A stretch of DNA of 64,000 nucleotides from Phoronis australis (lineage: Eukaryota; Animalia; Phoronida): contig NMRA01000319.1 of assembly GCA_002633005.1 (NCBI GenBank), forward strand, positions 41,546 to 105,545. The letters run 5' to 3'. Position numbers and translations under genes: made by a program. Under the pieces are notes generated by a model, which ran no database searches, was not told where the DNA came from, and saw nothing but the letters and a program-made list of their open reading frames with translations. The first letter of the stretch is position 1. Every line of letters starts with the position of its first letter. Of the stretch, positions 1 to 11,648 are shown piece by piece.

Positions 1-1975
1 AATGCCACCACTTATACTTGTCTTTAATTGGCGTTACTTGAAACTGATTGTATTTCAATGAATCATTGTTTGTATTTGATAAAAACAAATGCTGTTGATA
101 TGACATTTAATAGTCTTTTTGCACATATTTGACATTTTAATGTTTAACAACGCGGCAAATGCACGGCTGGTTCCCGGCAGCACGTACGCGAAGGGCGGGA
201 ACTTCAGCTTTCAAAGTTCGCCGGTAGGTCCGCAACTTCTGACCTTCGGCCTGGTTAAAAAAATGAAAAAGTTGAGTTCACGATTTTGGGAACTGAAATA
301 GGGACTGCTCGAAGAAAAAGTTTCATAACGGGAGTATTTGTTCGAGTTGGAAGGGATTAAACACATCGACAACCTCCTAAGGTGTTCCGACTATGCGCAA
401 AAGGTATTTGTAACAACGTGACTTTGATGGTTTAGTCGGTGCGAGGCATAATTCGCCGAAAAGCTTCCGGCGTACAGAGCGCCTATAGCCTCTGCATCGC
501 CTCTGCTTCGGGCCAACAGAGGCGATGGTCATTGCCTACCAACAGAACAGAGGAAAAGTCAGAGGATAGACGATCGAACCGTCTCGTGACCCATCGAGCA
601 GCTCTCATCTGTACATGGGGTCTTTCGGCATTAAGCGACCCCCAAATCCCCAGAAAATCAGTTTAAACAGTGCCGACCATTTAACATAATTCAAAGGATA
701 CGATTGACATAACTTTCGAGCGCAGATGCCATGACAGAAACGCAACTTGTCCGAACGCTCACAATGTTGTGCCCTGACAATAACTGATTGAGATAAACAT
801 TGGAAGCTGAGATTATCTTTTTTAAATTTTTAGGTTTATAGAAGCTTCAAAACTTTACAAGTATTATTTTGAACAGTTTTTTTTTTCATTTATTTATTTA
901 AATTTTAACGTGTATAAAGAAATTTTAACCTTTTTTCAAAGCCAAGCGTAGTTAAGAAGAGTTGCAGTTGTCAAGTTACATAGTTTTTTCCGGTGGAAGA
1001 AAACGGTGGATTGTTTGTAAAACTGGTCCGAACCAGCTAAAAGGTATTGGTGCAACTGTAATTGGTGTTGTAAATAATCCAGAGGTCTAAAAATGTTGCA
1101 TTGAATATATCCTTTTTGCACCGCACGCGATAACCACAAAGTATTTCAACTAAGTCACTTGAGTGGAGCAAAGGCTTGCGCGAGACTGGGCGAAGTGCAC
1201 GTAACGCTGGCGCGTGACACTTAAAATAGCATGGGAAAGTGTCAGGTGAAATCTGTAAGATTTGGGTCCCTCGGACTTTTTATTCATCAACATGCGTGAT
1301 TTCACGTAACTTCCTCAAAATGTCTCTCGATAAGAGAAACTCGAGCAACTGCAACAGATTTTCATTGATTTGTTCAAATTATCTTAACTGAATCGGCTCC
1401 AGGCTTATGGTATGTGTTAATTATGACTCTATGTGCATATATGCATGTTTCATTTGATTTTATTTCCTGTATTTTGAAATTCATTAATTTTTGTGGAGAT
1501 GTACTATCATCCCTGTATGCCTGCGTCATCCAGGGCGATGTAATTGCCTACTCTGAGATTTGCACTGCACCAAAACACAGACTTTCAGAATTTGCAAAAT
1601 CAAATGCTAGGCTCGCGCTAACTGCTCGCCACTGGCGAATTTTGAGCGTCACTGGCTATAGCAGAGCTAAGTCGGTTCGCCAACTCGGCGAATGCTTTTA
1701 CAATCTGAAAATTAATTCCGGGAAACCTGCTCGAGTGTCGAATCACAGCCAGCTCGAATGAAGTCCCACAGCAAACAACATTTTCAATTCCATTCCAAGT
1801 CCTTAAAATAGAAAGCAAATGTTCCATTTCAAGTCCTCAGACAGTGGTTTCCAGAGTTGATTCCTTGCCTCTGTTAGGATTCTTAATTTAGAGATTTTTG
1901 ATGCTCTGTAAAGTAAACCTGTGTGTTTTGAGACCATATCACAAAACTGAAGTATTCCACTGGCTTTCAGGTGCC

Positions 1976-2082
1976 ATGGCCTTCAAGCAGGTCTTGAGAG
2001 CTCTCAGTGTGCTGAGCCTGGAGAGTACGGCATTGAAATCTGCCACTTTCCAGAAGAATATTGCCACAGCAATAGAGCAAAG
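1976..2082 (+). CDS. MRPL2: Mitochondrial ribosomal protein uL2m (MRPL2), coding exon 1 (presequence-like N-terminus)
   Basis: Acceptor ctttcag ends at 1970. ATG at 1976 in Kozak context gccATGG encodes MAFKQVLRALSVLSLESTALKSATFQKNIATAIEQ. Donor AG|gtatgg after 2082 is phase 2 and joins the next exon in frame. Confidence 0.75.
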
Positions 2083-3096
2083 GTATGGTGAAGTGTACAG
2101 CCAGGTCCATATAACCTTGTTGCTCAATGTGGTTTGTCGTGATAAAGGCTGCTAAAATGACTGACTTGAGACTAGGGGCATTATACTTCCACGCAACCAT
2201 GGATGACCTGCACAAATAATTTCTGATTATAGTCCCAAAGTGTATAGGGAGGAAATGGCATTCTTTTGTACCCCGTGCTAATGTTCTACTACTTTTGGGA
2301 AGGGGGTACAATAAAAGTGGAATGTCGTTTATCACCGTTGAAGTATTTCGCTAATAAATGCATACTGCTGGTCAGTACCTTGACTGAAAAGCAACTTGGG
2401 AAAGTATTTTTGTTGTCAAATGACTCAAAGAATAGCTATGATCTGTTTTATGCATCAGAAAGTGTATTTTTATCCGTGGTGTAATAACCTTCCATTGCTG
2501 AAATTGCTACTTCAAGTGCAGGCACGCGATGAATTCATTTGTTCTAATTACTATCCATCAGTTTACATATCGAGAAGGCCGGATGTGTTCTGGAACTTTA
2601 AATAGTATTAGACCTGCTGATGATGGTATATAATTATATGCGAATGCCATATTTATATCAGACTGTTAAACGTTACTAGTACTGATAAATTAGCAGCCTA
2701 GTTACTGCGTTTTTCAAGCAGAGATATATTTGTAAAAAGTAGAATGCCATATACATAAAAAATTATTGTTGAAAATAACGTTGGTTATGAAACTTTCTTT
2801 GTCACACTTTAGCAAGAAAGTATAATTCTCCACTCGTTTTTCTCAAAAATAATTGTTAGAATTGTCATTTTGCAGTTTTCAAAAGCTTTCTGCAAATAAT
2901 CAAATGTTTACCCACATTTAAGTAGTATAACCCATGCTGGTTATAGACTAAAATTTGCTTAATGTTTATTTTTGTGGAAACAATTGACAAAGTAGAATTT
3001 CGTTTGGCCGTCCTATTGTGTCCTAAATAAACAAGGAGTTGCCATAATTCCTGCATTACTCAGTGCTTCCATGTGCTGCTAATGCTCATCTTTCAG

Positions 3097-3266
3097 ATCG
3101 TTCATTCACACGACCCCCGCTGCACTTGGTGTGAAAGCTCGTCGGGAGTTTGCCCATCCGTCTGTTCCAAATGTTGTGTGCCGAGGGCATGTGCTGGATG
3201 AATTTGTCGAGGGGTACACCATTCGACCTCTGAGAACTCGTAAAACTGGTGGACGGGGACTGGACG
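3097..3266 (+). CDS. MRPL2: MRPL2 coding exon 2
   Basis: Acceptor ctttcag and donor G|gtgagt. Encodes SFIHTTPAALG...YTIRPLRTRKTGGRGLD, matching the L2 N-terminal K-x-GGR motif. Confidence 0.9.
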
Positions 3267-3745
3267 GTGAGTTGCTCAGATTATGGAAAGCAGGACGATA
3301 CAAAATTTTAAACTATGTCACTTTTGATTCATATTTAAGGAATCCGATGTATTGACTTATATTTAAAATCAATTGGTTTCGTCCAGAAACATTTTTACTC
3401 AAGTGTTTTACTCGCATTCTGGGTATTGGTCTTCACATAGGTGTTCCTAGTAGGTGCACATGTCTGAACTGATTGTTTTTCATGTATTTGAATAAATCAG
3501 TCCTTAACTTGAAAATATGTTAGCAGTTACAAGCTATCCTAGGATGCTGTGAAAGGCTGAGTTTCACTCGCCGCTACCTATCTCTATGGCGTTGAATTTG
3601 CATACCATTGAAAAATGTTCCAACTGGAATTCCTAGATGTTCAAAGCATCATTGTTAATAGGCAACTTCGATTATACCAACTTTTTTCTAAATGTATAAA
3701 ATTAAGACTAAATATCTGTGATATTTTTTTCTCGATCCATACCAG

Positions 3746-3994
3746 GAAGAATTGAAATCCGACGCATCGGTGGCGGAGATAAACGGTGGTTCCGCATGGT
3801 CGATATGAGGCGTGTACGACCAAATCAAAGCAGTGACTACCTAGAGAAAGTGGACGAGGTGCTGAAAGATGACTGTCGCTCGGCTTATATTGCTCTTGTT
3901 TCCAGTGGGGATCATCGTCGGTACATCATAGCCACAGAAAACATGAAAGCCGGTGACATCATCAAAACATCCAATGTCATCCCAAAAATGACAG
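3746..3994 (+). CDS. MRPL2: MRPL2 coding exon 3
   Basis: Acceptor accag and donor G|gtaact. GRIEIRRIGGGDKRWFRMVDMRR...DDCRSAYIALV...YIIATENMKAGDII is the ribosomal L2 RNA-binding domain. Confidence 0.95.
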
Positions 3995-4049
3995 GTAACT
4001 TTTTGTTGCCTCACTCATGCATTGTAAAGATTGTTATCCACATCACGGT

Positions 4050-4187
4050 CATTGTTTAATCTGTTTATGCCATCATCAGCAGCAGCACTGTTATCATCAC
4101 CATCATCATCATCACCATCATCATCGTCACCATCATCATCATCATCATCATCACCATCATCATAATTGCCATCATCATTATCATCAC

Positions 4188-4223
<36 letters not shown>

Positions 4224-4490
4224 AGCTATGGACATCATCATCATCGCTGCCATCATCTTTAACATGACCTCCACCCCCTCATCATCATCACCTCCACCCC
4301 CTCATCGTCATCAACGTCACCACCACCACCCCCTCATCGTCATCAACGTCACCACCACCACTCCCTCATCATCAGCATCATTACCGCCATCATCATCACC
4401 ATCGTTACTGCCATCATCATCACCATCATTACCGCCATCATCATCACCATCATTATTACCAGCACACTAATCGTCGTCATCATCACCATC
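4050..4490. repeat. (CAT/CAC)n trinucleotide microsatellite in the last MRPL2 intron
   Basis: Directly visible; it explains the poly-His and poly-Met ORFs. Confidence 0.97.
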
Positions 4491-4630
4491 TAATTTTTTT
4501 CTTTCATCTTTTAATTTTCATTTGACAAATCTAGCCACTGTGCATAACGTCAATTTGAGAAGCAACACCTGCCATTAATTTACTGAGGTCACTGCTTTCG
4601 GACATTTTTTGACAGTAAATTTATTTTCAG

Positions 4631-5043
4631 TTCAAGCCAGTGATGGTGACGCGTACCCACTAGCTGCCCTTCCAGTTGGCACCACTGTGTGTTGCATAGA
4701 ACGCTTCCCAGGAGATGGCGCCAAGGTTGCCAATGCAGCAGGGTCATCAGCTACACTTGTTCGAAAGATTGATGATAAGTGCATTGTCAGAATGCCATCA
4801 AAACGTGAAATGAGTGTATCAAATAAGTGCATAGCTACAGTTGGACGAGTGTCTAACGTTGACCATGGGAAAACTCCACTTGGAAAGGCTGGAGCCGCAC
4901 GATGGCTGGGCATACGACCAAAAAGTGGATGGCGCCAGAAGAAAACGGGAATTCACGGTCGCAAAATCAAACCGATACCGAAAGTCAGGATATATACCCA
5001 ACCATCTGCCCCAAAACCAGAGACTTACAGGTTTACGTTTTAA
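4631..5043 (+). CDS. MRPL2: MRPL2 last coding exon (L2 C-terminal domain); spliced CDS 939 nt, about 312 aa
   Basis: Acceptor ttttcag. Encodes GDAYPLAALPVGTTVCCIERFPGDGA...AAGSSA...MPSKRE...ATVGRVSN...GKAGAARWLGIRPKSG, with TAA at 5041-5043. Confidence 0.97.
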
Positions 5044-6001
5044 GATTTTTTTATTATGACTGGCTGAAGTGCTCTTCTAAATTGACAAGAATGTTGCAGA
5101 GATGTGCATGGAATACAGTTACTTTTACAAAAAATGTTGATGCTGTCTTGTTATTTGATGTCAGTGTCTCTTTTGTTCTGCATAGTGTTGCATGGTGCGG
5201 TGAACCGAGTACGCCGAACTTACAGTACACCGCTTGGGGATACAATGAGTGATTGGGGAGTGTATGACAGATATCGAAAGTTAAACTTCTTTTTCGCATG
5301 TACTTTTCAGTGGTAGCATTGGATGTATGAAGTGCACATTCTCATTTTTACACAGTCAAGTCTTTAGTTTGCAATACTTTACTGTGTGTCACGCTCATGT
5401 TAATAGCGCTACCCTACACCAGTTAGAGGGAAACACCACCATTTGTATAACTTATGCTGATCCTGCACCCTGCAACACTTTGGCATTAACTGAGACAGTG
5501 CGGCTCAGTGATTTGAGCTCTCGATTCCGGTTTGGGAGACCCCAAAATCGAATTCTGGTTTTACTGGCAGACAATCGAGCATTACCCAAAAGTGTCTCCT
5601 TCTCTGACTTCGGTTTTACTAGTGAATGTATGCAAGGGAATTAATGAGAACCTGAGTATAATGCGAATTTGTGGGGCTGTGAAAAACAAACCAAACAAGT
5701 AGCCTAATGTCGGCATATGTTGGGACACTGCACAACACAACCCTATGCAGACGTGTGGTTAAAATGACTGCATGACATCTGTCTTTCTAATTGACAGTGT
5801 AATGTGGGATTTAAAAATAACTACCATGATGTTCCGTGTGGAAATGTTTTTTTATTTTTCTGTCTGGGGATTCTAATAATGTTGGTAACATCGTCAACTG
5901 GCGTTATATTTGACAAGTTTTAGTTTTAGGTGGACGGTGTGAACTATGTCTTCGAAAATACATGAAATACTATTCAGGTAACGCTCGTTTCTTGCAGAAT
6001 G

Positions 6002-6137
6002 CAGTGGCGGATTTAGGAGGGGGCAAGGTGGCCATGGCCCCCCTAAAATTCTATCAGATACCATTCGGGAGTTCGGGTGCGAATTACTCTCTAGCACATG
6101 CGCAACCNCCCAACTCAAAATCCTGTATCTGCCCCTG
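6002..6137. mobile_element. MITE of CAG(T/G)GGCGGAT family, degenerate 5-bp TSD
   Basis: Termini CAGTGGCGGATTTAGGA and TCCTGTATCTGCCCCTG, flanks gaatg/ggatg. Reverse-oriented relative at 16617-16779. Confidence 0.75.
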
Positions 6138-6688
6138 GGATGTTTTAAAATGTTCCCCAGTATACATGTACGGGGCTTGACAGGCTGTAGACAGCATTCT
6201 TTTGCAATGGTGTTTTTGCATGACCTTTAAATCTGAATGGTACGGATGGAATGGGTAGAAAGAACAGTCAAGTGAATCTTGAAAATAAGTTAATATTTCG
6301 TGGTGTAAAGTTGCGAACCCCCACATTTCACTGCCTAACACAATAGAAAAACAATTCTGTTAAGCATCTTACAGCACTTGCATTGGATAGCACGGTAAAT
6401 AAAACATGATAACTAATCTAAATAAAAAGGTCAGGGTTCATGTAATCTTTGGTATTTAAAGCAACTCATTAAACCGTCAGCCATGCACTCCTGGCGTACT
6501 AATGGAAGTGTACCTGTAATAGTCAACATAAGGCTCAAAAGACTCTCAACGTAAAAGTTGCCCAGTGTTGACCCTAGTCAACGCAGTGTTTCCCGCTGAA
6601 ATCAAGTTCCAGAATGTGAACAAATGCCAAACAACGATTCTTAGCTGAAGCTGGAGTCCAACACTAACAAAAATACTACTAGTCGTCG

Positions 6689-6882
6689 TTACAGGTGTTT
6701 GTTGTTTCCTGCGATTCCATGATTTAGTTCGTTGGTGGAGTTGACGTCGCCTGTTATGGTTGATTCAGCCTCTGTCATTTTCGTGTAATATTTTACATGT
6801 CTACGGATTGGTGAGCTTTCTACATCAATCTGTTGCGTCTTCATTAGGAACGTTCGACTATGAATGAAGGATTGCTTTGTGG
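6689..6882 (-). CDS. MFSD4A: MFSD4A-like last coding exon (hydrophilic C-terminal tail)
   Basis: Acceptor ccttttcag, phase 1 compatible. Open for 63 full codons (TKQSFIHSRTFLMK...GNNKHL) to TAA at 6689-6691. No recognisable homology. Confidence 0.7.
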
Positions 6883-7248
6883 CTGAAAAGGAACCGTCTG
6901 CATTGTGAAATTCATCAGTGACTCCTGGTGGCTGATTTCATTGTAAAACTAGTGGCCTTACAATTTGCACTCACAACACATAGCATGGTTTTCTCTAAAG
7001 CATGTTCAACATATTTAGGTGAGATCAAAGTGCCATTGACAGAATTAAAGACTGACACTTCCACGTAAACGCCCTAAAGAGTTGTCCATTTATTAAGCGA
7101 TTTTCATAAAAATATAAATAATCAGGATGAACTTTTGTTTTGTTAACAAATAGCAGCAGCAATCACAATCCTGTGAACTTTCAGGAGTTCTGGGCCTTGG
7201 GTCTACTAAGTTTCTGCCACTACTCGATTCTAGAAGAGAATTGCTTAC

Positions 7249-7366
7249 CTCGGTATTTTGGCGAATGGCAGCCACAGTAAAGAAGCACCAGTAACACAGC
7301 CACAGATAACACAACACTGGCCGTGGCAAATTCCAGGAAACTAAACGGTCCCACGGCTACAAACAA
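7249..7366 (-). CDS. MFSD4A: MFSD4A-like coding exon 10
   Basis: Acceptor ttgcag and donor G|gtaagc. Encodes LFVAVGPFSFLEFATASVVLSVAVLLVLLYCGCHSPKYR (last TM helix). Confidence 0.88.
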
Positions 7367-8088
7367 CTGCAATGCAAGAGAACAACTTTTAACCAGTACT
7401 GACCCGAAGCGATTCGCTTCGGTGCTAAGATCCATTTATGATACACGGAACAGTAACCCGGAATGACCGATTAAAGGTAACATAAAATATCAGATGTGAT
7501 TTTAGTTCGCAGTGCTCATGTTCCTGGTCGAAAATTGGTGGGTATTACCCATATTACTGTACGTGATTTAGTTATAACAGGCTTACATAACCCGTACCTT
7601 TGCACTCGAAATTACGTTTGGCACTTTTCCTTCGATATGACATGGCAAGATACTAGTGTATGTTTTTCTGTCCTCGAGTAGGCCTATATAATGAATTTTG
7701 CTGCTCAGTGTTTAATTCAAGTTCGCACTTGGGTACCCTGGATTCGAGCTTAACTTCGAGTAAAAGCTCAAAATGTCTGGTATGAACTCAAGGTTTTGAG
7801 TTCAGCTCTAACTTATAACGTCAATGCTGGGGTCATCAAGTGCAACTAGGATTAGGCAGTGGTGCGTACAAACCATAGTTTACTCAAGCACAAAATAACA
7901 GGCACTGCACTTGAGAGTTCACACAAAAGTAGATAATTTTGAACATAATTTTAAGAAGAGAATGATTAGGTCCTCATGACCTTATTGCTGATCATAGAAA
8001 AAGGGTGAAGTCGATGTGTAGGATGGCGTTACACGTGTTCATCACGCAAACTGTAAACACCTGCATATGTAAATTTCAAACTGTTTAC

Positions 8089-8159
8089 CTTCGACTCTAT
8101 TGCCGGAAACACCATTTCACCCAGCGCAGCCGTAACCACTATTGCAGTTGTAATTGAAT
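8089..8159 (-). CDS. MFSD4A: MFSD4A-like coding exon 9
   Basis: Acceptor gtttccag and donor AAG|gtaaac. Encodes SITTAIVVTAALGEMVFPAIESK (GEMV motif). Confidence 0.9.
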
Positions 8160-8270
8160 CTGGAAACAGAAGGGTGTTATTATGATGACATCCAAGTATT
8201 CCAGTTCTTGAGGAGTTGATACCCCTGTCGCTGTTTCAGGTAAAGAAGCAGACGATCAGATTTGTTGATT

Positions 8271-8411
8271 TATATTTTCCTATATTGTATAAATGTGATG
8301 TCATCCTGCGAAAGATATATATTCTCCTACGTGTATAAATGGGATGTTATCCTGCGAAAGATATATATTCTCCTATATTGTATAAATGTGATGTCATCCT
8401 GCGAAAGATAT
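8271..8411. repeat. Tandem repeat, about 46-47 bp x3
   Basis: Unit tcctatattgtataaatgtgatgtcatcctgcgaaagatatatattc. Confidence 0.9.
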
Positions 8412-9013
8412 ACATGTGTAGGTCTATTTTAACGAAACATGGATCACTTATTGTGCCAGCTACTTATTCTCTAGTGCAAAACAAAAATAATATGTATTAC
8501 TAAATGGATTCTAGAACTAGGGTCTGATCCAGATTAAGCTTGTACAATACCCAAATTATTTAGGCAAATCTTAGACCAACAGTTTTGACACGCAAGTGGA
8601 CGAGAATGCGTGCACTTTTTACTTCGTAGTATCCTACAAATTCCTTTACACATCAAAGCCTTGATGGCAGCGTTACGGATTGAAGTGAGCTAGTAGGATC
8701 TATTCATGGGCATGGTTGAACGCGTTGAATGAGATAATTGCGGCCGTAAACCAACACTCCTGTTTAGCGTACGAGTTTCAAAGTCCAAAAATGACACGAT
8801 AATTAAGGCAAACGACGAACATGACTTGTTTAAAATTAAAAAGTTAATAGTAGCAGTCTTTTAATTTTTAATTAGCGAAAACGTTTTCTTCAGCATCGCG
8901 GCTACGCCACGAGCATTAAATGGTGAACCGATTAGGACTGATTAGACACAATCTACTCTGGCTTATACTCGCTTAGGCGTTGTGGTAACAAAACCCCAAA
9001 TGTTAGCCTAGGA

Positions 9014-9242
9014 CATGCGCGCACCTAAGGGAGGCTCGGGGGCTCGAACGAACCCCCCCCCCCCATTTGAAGAAGTGGGCAAAAAGGTTCGCTTCAGAGT
9101 AACAAAATGTCCAATAAAACGAGACAAAAGTCCACAGGAATTCGGCGCGAATGCACAATTCATAGGTCTGAACTTAGTACCCAGTTTTTTGGTCCCCGAT
9201 TTTTTTCAGTAAAAGGTCCGCATACTGAAAAATGCGCGCATG
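9014..9242. mobile_element. MITE of CATGCG(C/G)GCA family, about 230 bp
   Basis: Perfect TIR CATGCGCGCA...TGCGCGCATG. Internal gaagtgggc-aaaaggt-cgc and aaacgagacaaaagtccac are shared with 33736-33977. Confidence 0.8.
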
Positions 9243-9859
9243 TACTAGGAGTTCTTTCACATTAAATTTAAACTGTTATAATTTTATAATTTCTGTTTTG
9301 CTCCTCAGTAATCTCGACATCTCTGCCTTTGGCTTTGTGATAAATCACAACGTGATTGGCATACAAGAGGGCATCAATCAGTTTTGAATTTGACGTACCT
9401 ACCATTAAAACTACAATTGAAATTAAATCTTATAGTTTGAATCCATGTTTGAATCTTCCATCAACGGGTCATCGGGTGCAAACCTGGATGCAGTACCCGT
9501 GTGGTTAGGTCACAACATAGCATTAATGGTACTCCTTCTGCTTTATTTTAGTTAAAACTGTCGTAAAACGGATTTTGACACGTTAGTTCAAGCAAAACTT
9601 AAGCTCAATGTTTTCGAAGATCTATTCAGATCGATGATAATAACGTGTCCAGTGTACGCATATTCCCCGAAACCCCTACGTTCGCTTCACAATCAAAATA
9701 ACGTCGTCAGTACAAAAACGAATATAAGGCAAAAACATTTAAGGTTTCACATTGAGTTTTTTCCGACAGCATAATTCCTATTTTAGATAATACCTCTTGC
9801 AAAAGTGGAGTATTTACAACAATTTTTAACAGTGGGAACTTAGTGCATAAAGCATAGTA

Positions 9860-10188
9860 CCGGGGTTTTCCGTAGATAAGCCCACCCGATGAAACGCCCA
9901 TGTGCGTTTATTCCGAAAATTATGCCAAATAAACGCCCATGGGCATTGGCGTTGTTAACAGTTACCAACAGTCCTTTTAAGGACTACCAATCCACTCAGA
10001 ATTGTTGTTTCAATTACAAAAATACATATCGCGCATCATGCTGGTATTTACGTAGCCAAAATTATGACTTTCCGTTTGCATACCCCTTTTCCGAATATAC
10101 GCCCAGGCGTTTATTGGTGTTAATAAAATGCATGAAAATTTTCACTTTCCGAATTCACGCCCAGGAGCTTATCTACGGAAAATCCCGG
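9860..10188. mobile_element. Tc1/mariner (pogo-like) MITE; second copy at 12497-12825
   Basis: TIRs ccggggttttccgtagataagc and gcttatctacggaaaatcccgg, with TA on the left flank. Confidence 0.7.
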
Positions 10189-11648
10189 GAACAGGAAGTT
10201 ACCTAAAAATCCGATCAGTCATTTCTTAGGTATGATTTTCCAAAATTAGCCAAGATTGGACATTGCGTAACTACCAGAGTTCTATGCCTAAGGTTAGCAA
10301 TAGGAAACTTTATTAGTTAGAAAGTGGTGGGATAATCCAGACTAACTCTCTGACTGACTGGTGTAAATTTAATTTGTGATTACTTGTTTTTTCATTTTTA
10401 GTTTGTGGAAGGAATAGCTATTCATTTTAATTGCTTTAACTATCGATTTTCAGCAAGTTCTGATCTACACTCAGTAAGCTCATGCTTGTGAGCGCAGTGA
10501 TTGTGTAACTCCAAGGAATTAGCCGACAGCGACAATGGTGAAATCTGTTTATGCTACTTGTTTGACTGAGTTGCAATAAACGGAACAAAATTTGACTTGC
10601 AATTTTTATTGTTTCAGTAAGGCACATAAACATTTACTAAAGAATTGCCAAACTTTGAATTTCGAAATGGAGAGAAGGCAGAAACTCAGTGAGGCACACT
10701 GTCCCTTCGGTCGCCACACATTCTTGATTACCTGACAATAATTATTACGTTTCGAAAAAATTGAAAACTAAAGTGGGCGGAATTTCATCAAAATATGGAG
10801 ATTTTGACACCTTTCAGAGAGTTATGGTAATTCTTCAAAATCCGAGAGCTTCGTATCTAAATCGAACTGGGAGGGTTGGCAAAGACACTGACAAATTTCT
10901 GTGGCATGACTTTGTAGAATACATCAGTGTTTTATCAAGTTCACTCCAGTCGGAGACTCATTGCGGGAGACGACTTTGCTGAAAGCTGATCTATTAAAGC
11001 TTGTTTCGTGAAGTTTGTGAACACGGGAAGAAAATAAACTGACAGAGCGTTCAAGTATAATGGTTTGAAGTAATTCCATCACCCGGGATAATATTTTGTT
11101 ATTTGGTTTTATGTAATTCACATACAGTAGCCAGACATTATTGTGCAAACTATTAGAAAATTCACCATAACAGAGATCTAAGCGTAAAGTTATTAAATGC
11201 GCATGAGCCCATTCCAAGAAAATTGACTTAGACAAGACATTAATCTTAAAGATGAGTCAATTTTAAGATAAAACTTAAGATTGTCTCGATACCTTTAAAG
11301 AAAGGATCTTAAGTTATACTCAAATTTTTGCCTTAAGTTTTATCTTAGTTTTGACTTTCTTAACGGCTGTGGAAGTTGAGAAAAATGTTTGCAAGTCCCA
11401 GAAACATTAACACTTCGAAAATGCTACTGTAATCCAGACTAACACTCTGTAAACTGTTAGTGGTTACTTGTTTTTTATTTTTTTTACTTTGTGGATGATA
11501 TTGCTTGAATCACCCATACCACCAGCGCATGACACTTACCTTCGTATGCTGAAACAGTGACGTATGGATGATGAAATGGACTAATCAGATTACCACAAGT
11601 GAACCAAAGATTCACAATGTAATTAAAGCTTAGGTGTCTGGTAATATG

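Larger units (their letters stand above)
8543..11648. repeat. Tandem segmental duplication, copy 1 (about 3.1 kb), in MFSD4A intron 8
   Basis: Begins tacaatacc...taggcaaatcttagaccaacagttttgacacgcaagtgg and ends aattaaagcttaggtgtctggtaatatg. Colinear with 11649-14258. Confidence 0.95.

Noticed and set aside
4017-4470. Poly-His, poly-Met and Pro/Ser ORFs
   Set aside because: (CAT)n microsatellite inside an MRPL2 intron.
6108-6108. Single n base
   Set aside because: Assembly ambiguity, not a biological feature.
10924-11235. 103-aa ORF present twice (also 13533-13844) and a 64-aa ORF present twice (9707 and 12341)
   Set aside because: The similarity is explained by the tandem duplication. The 103-aa ORF starts at TTG, many differences change amino acids, and no domain is recognisable.
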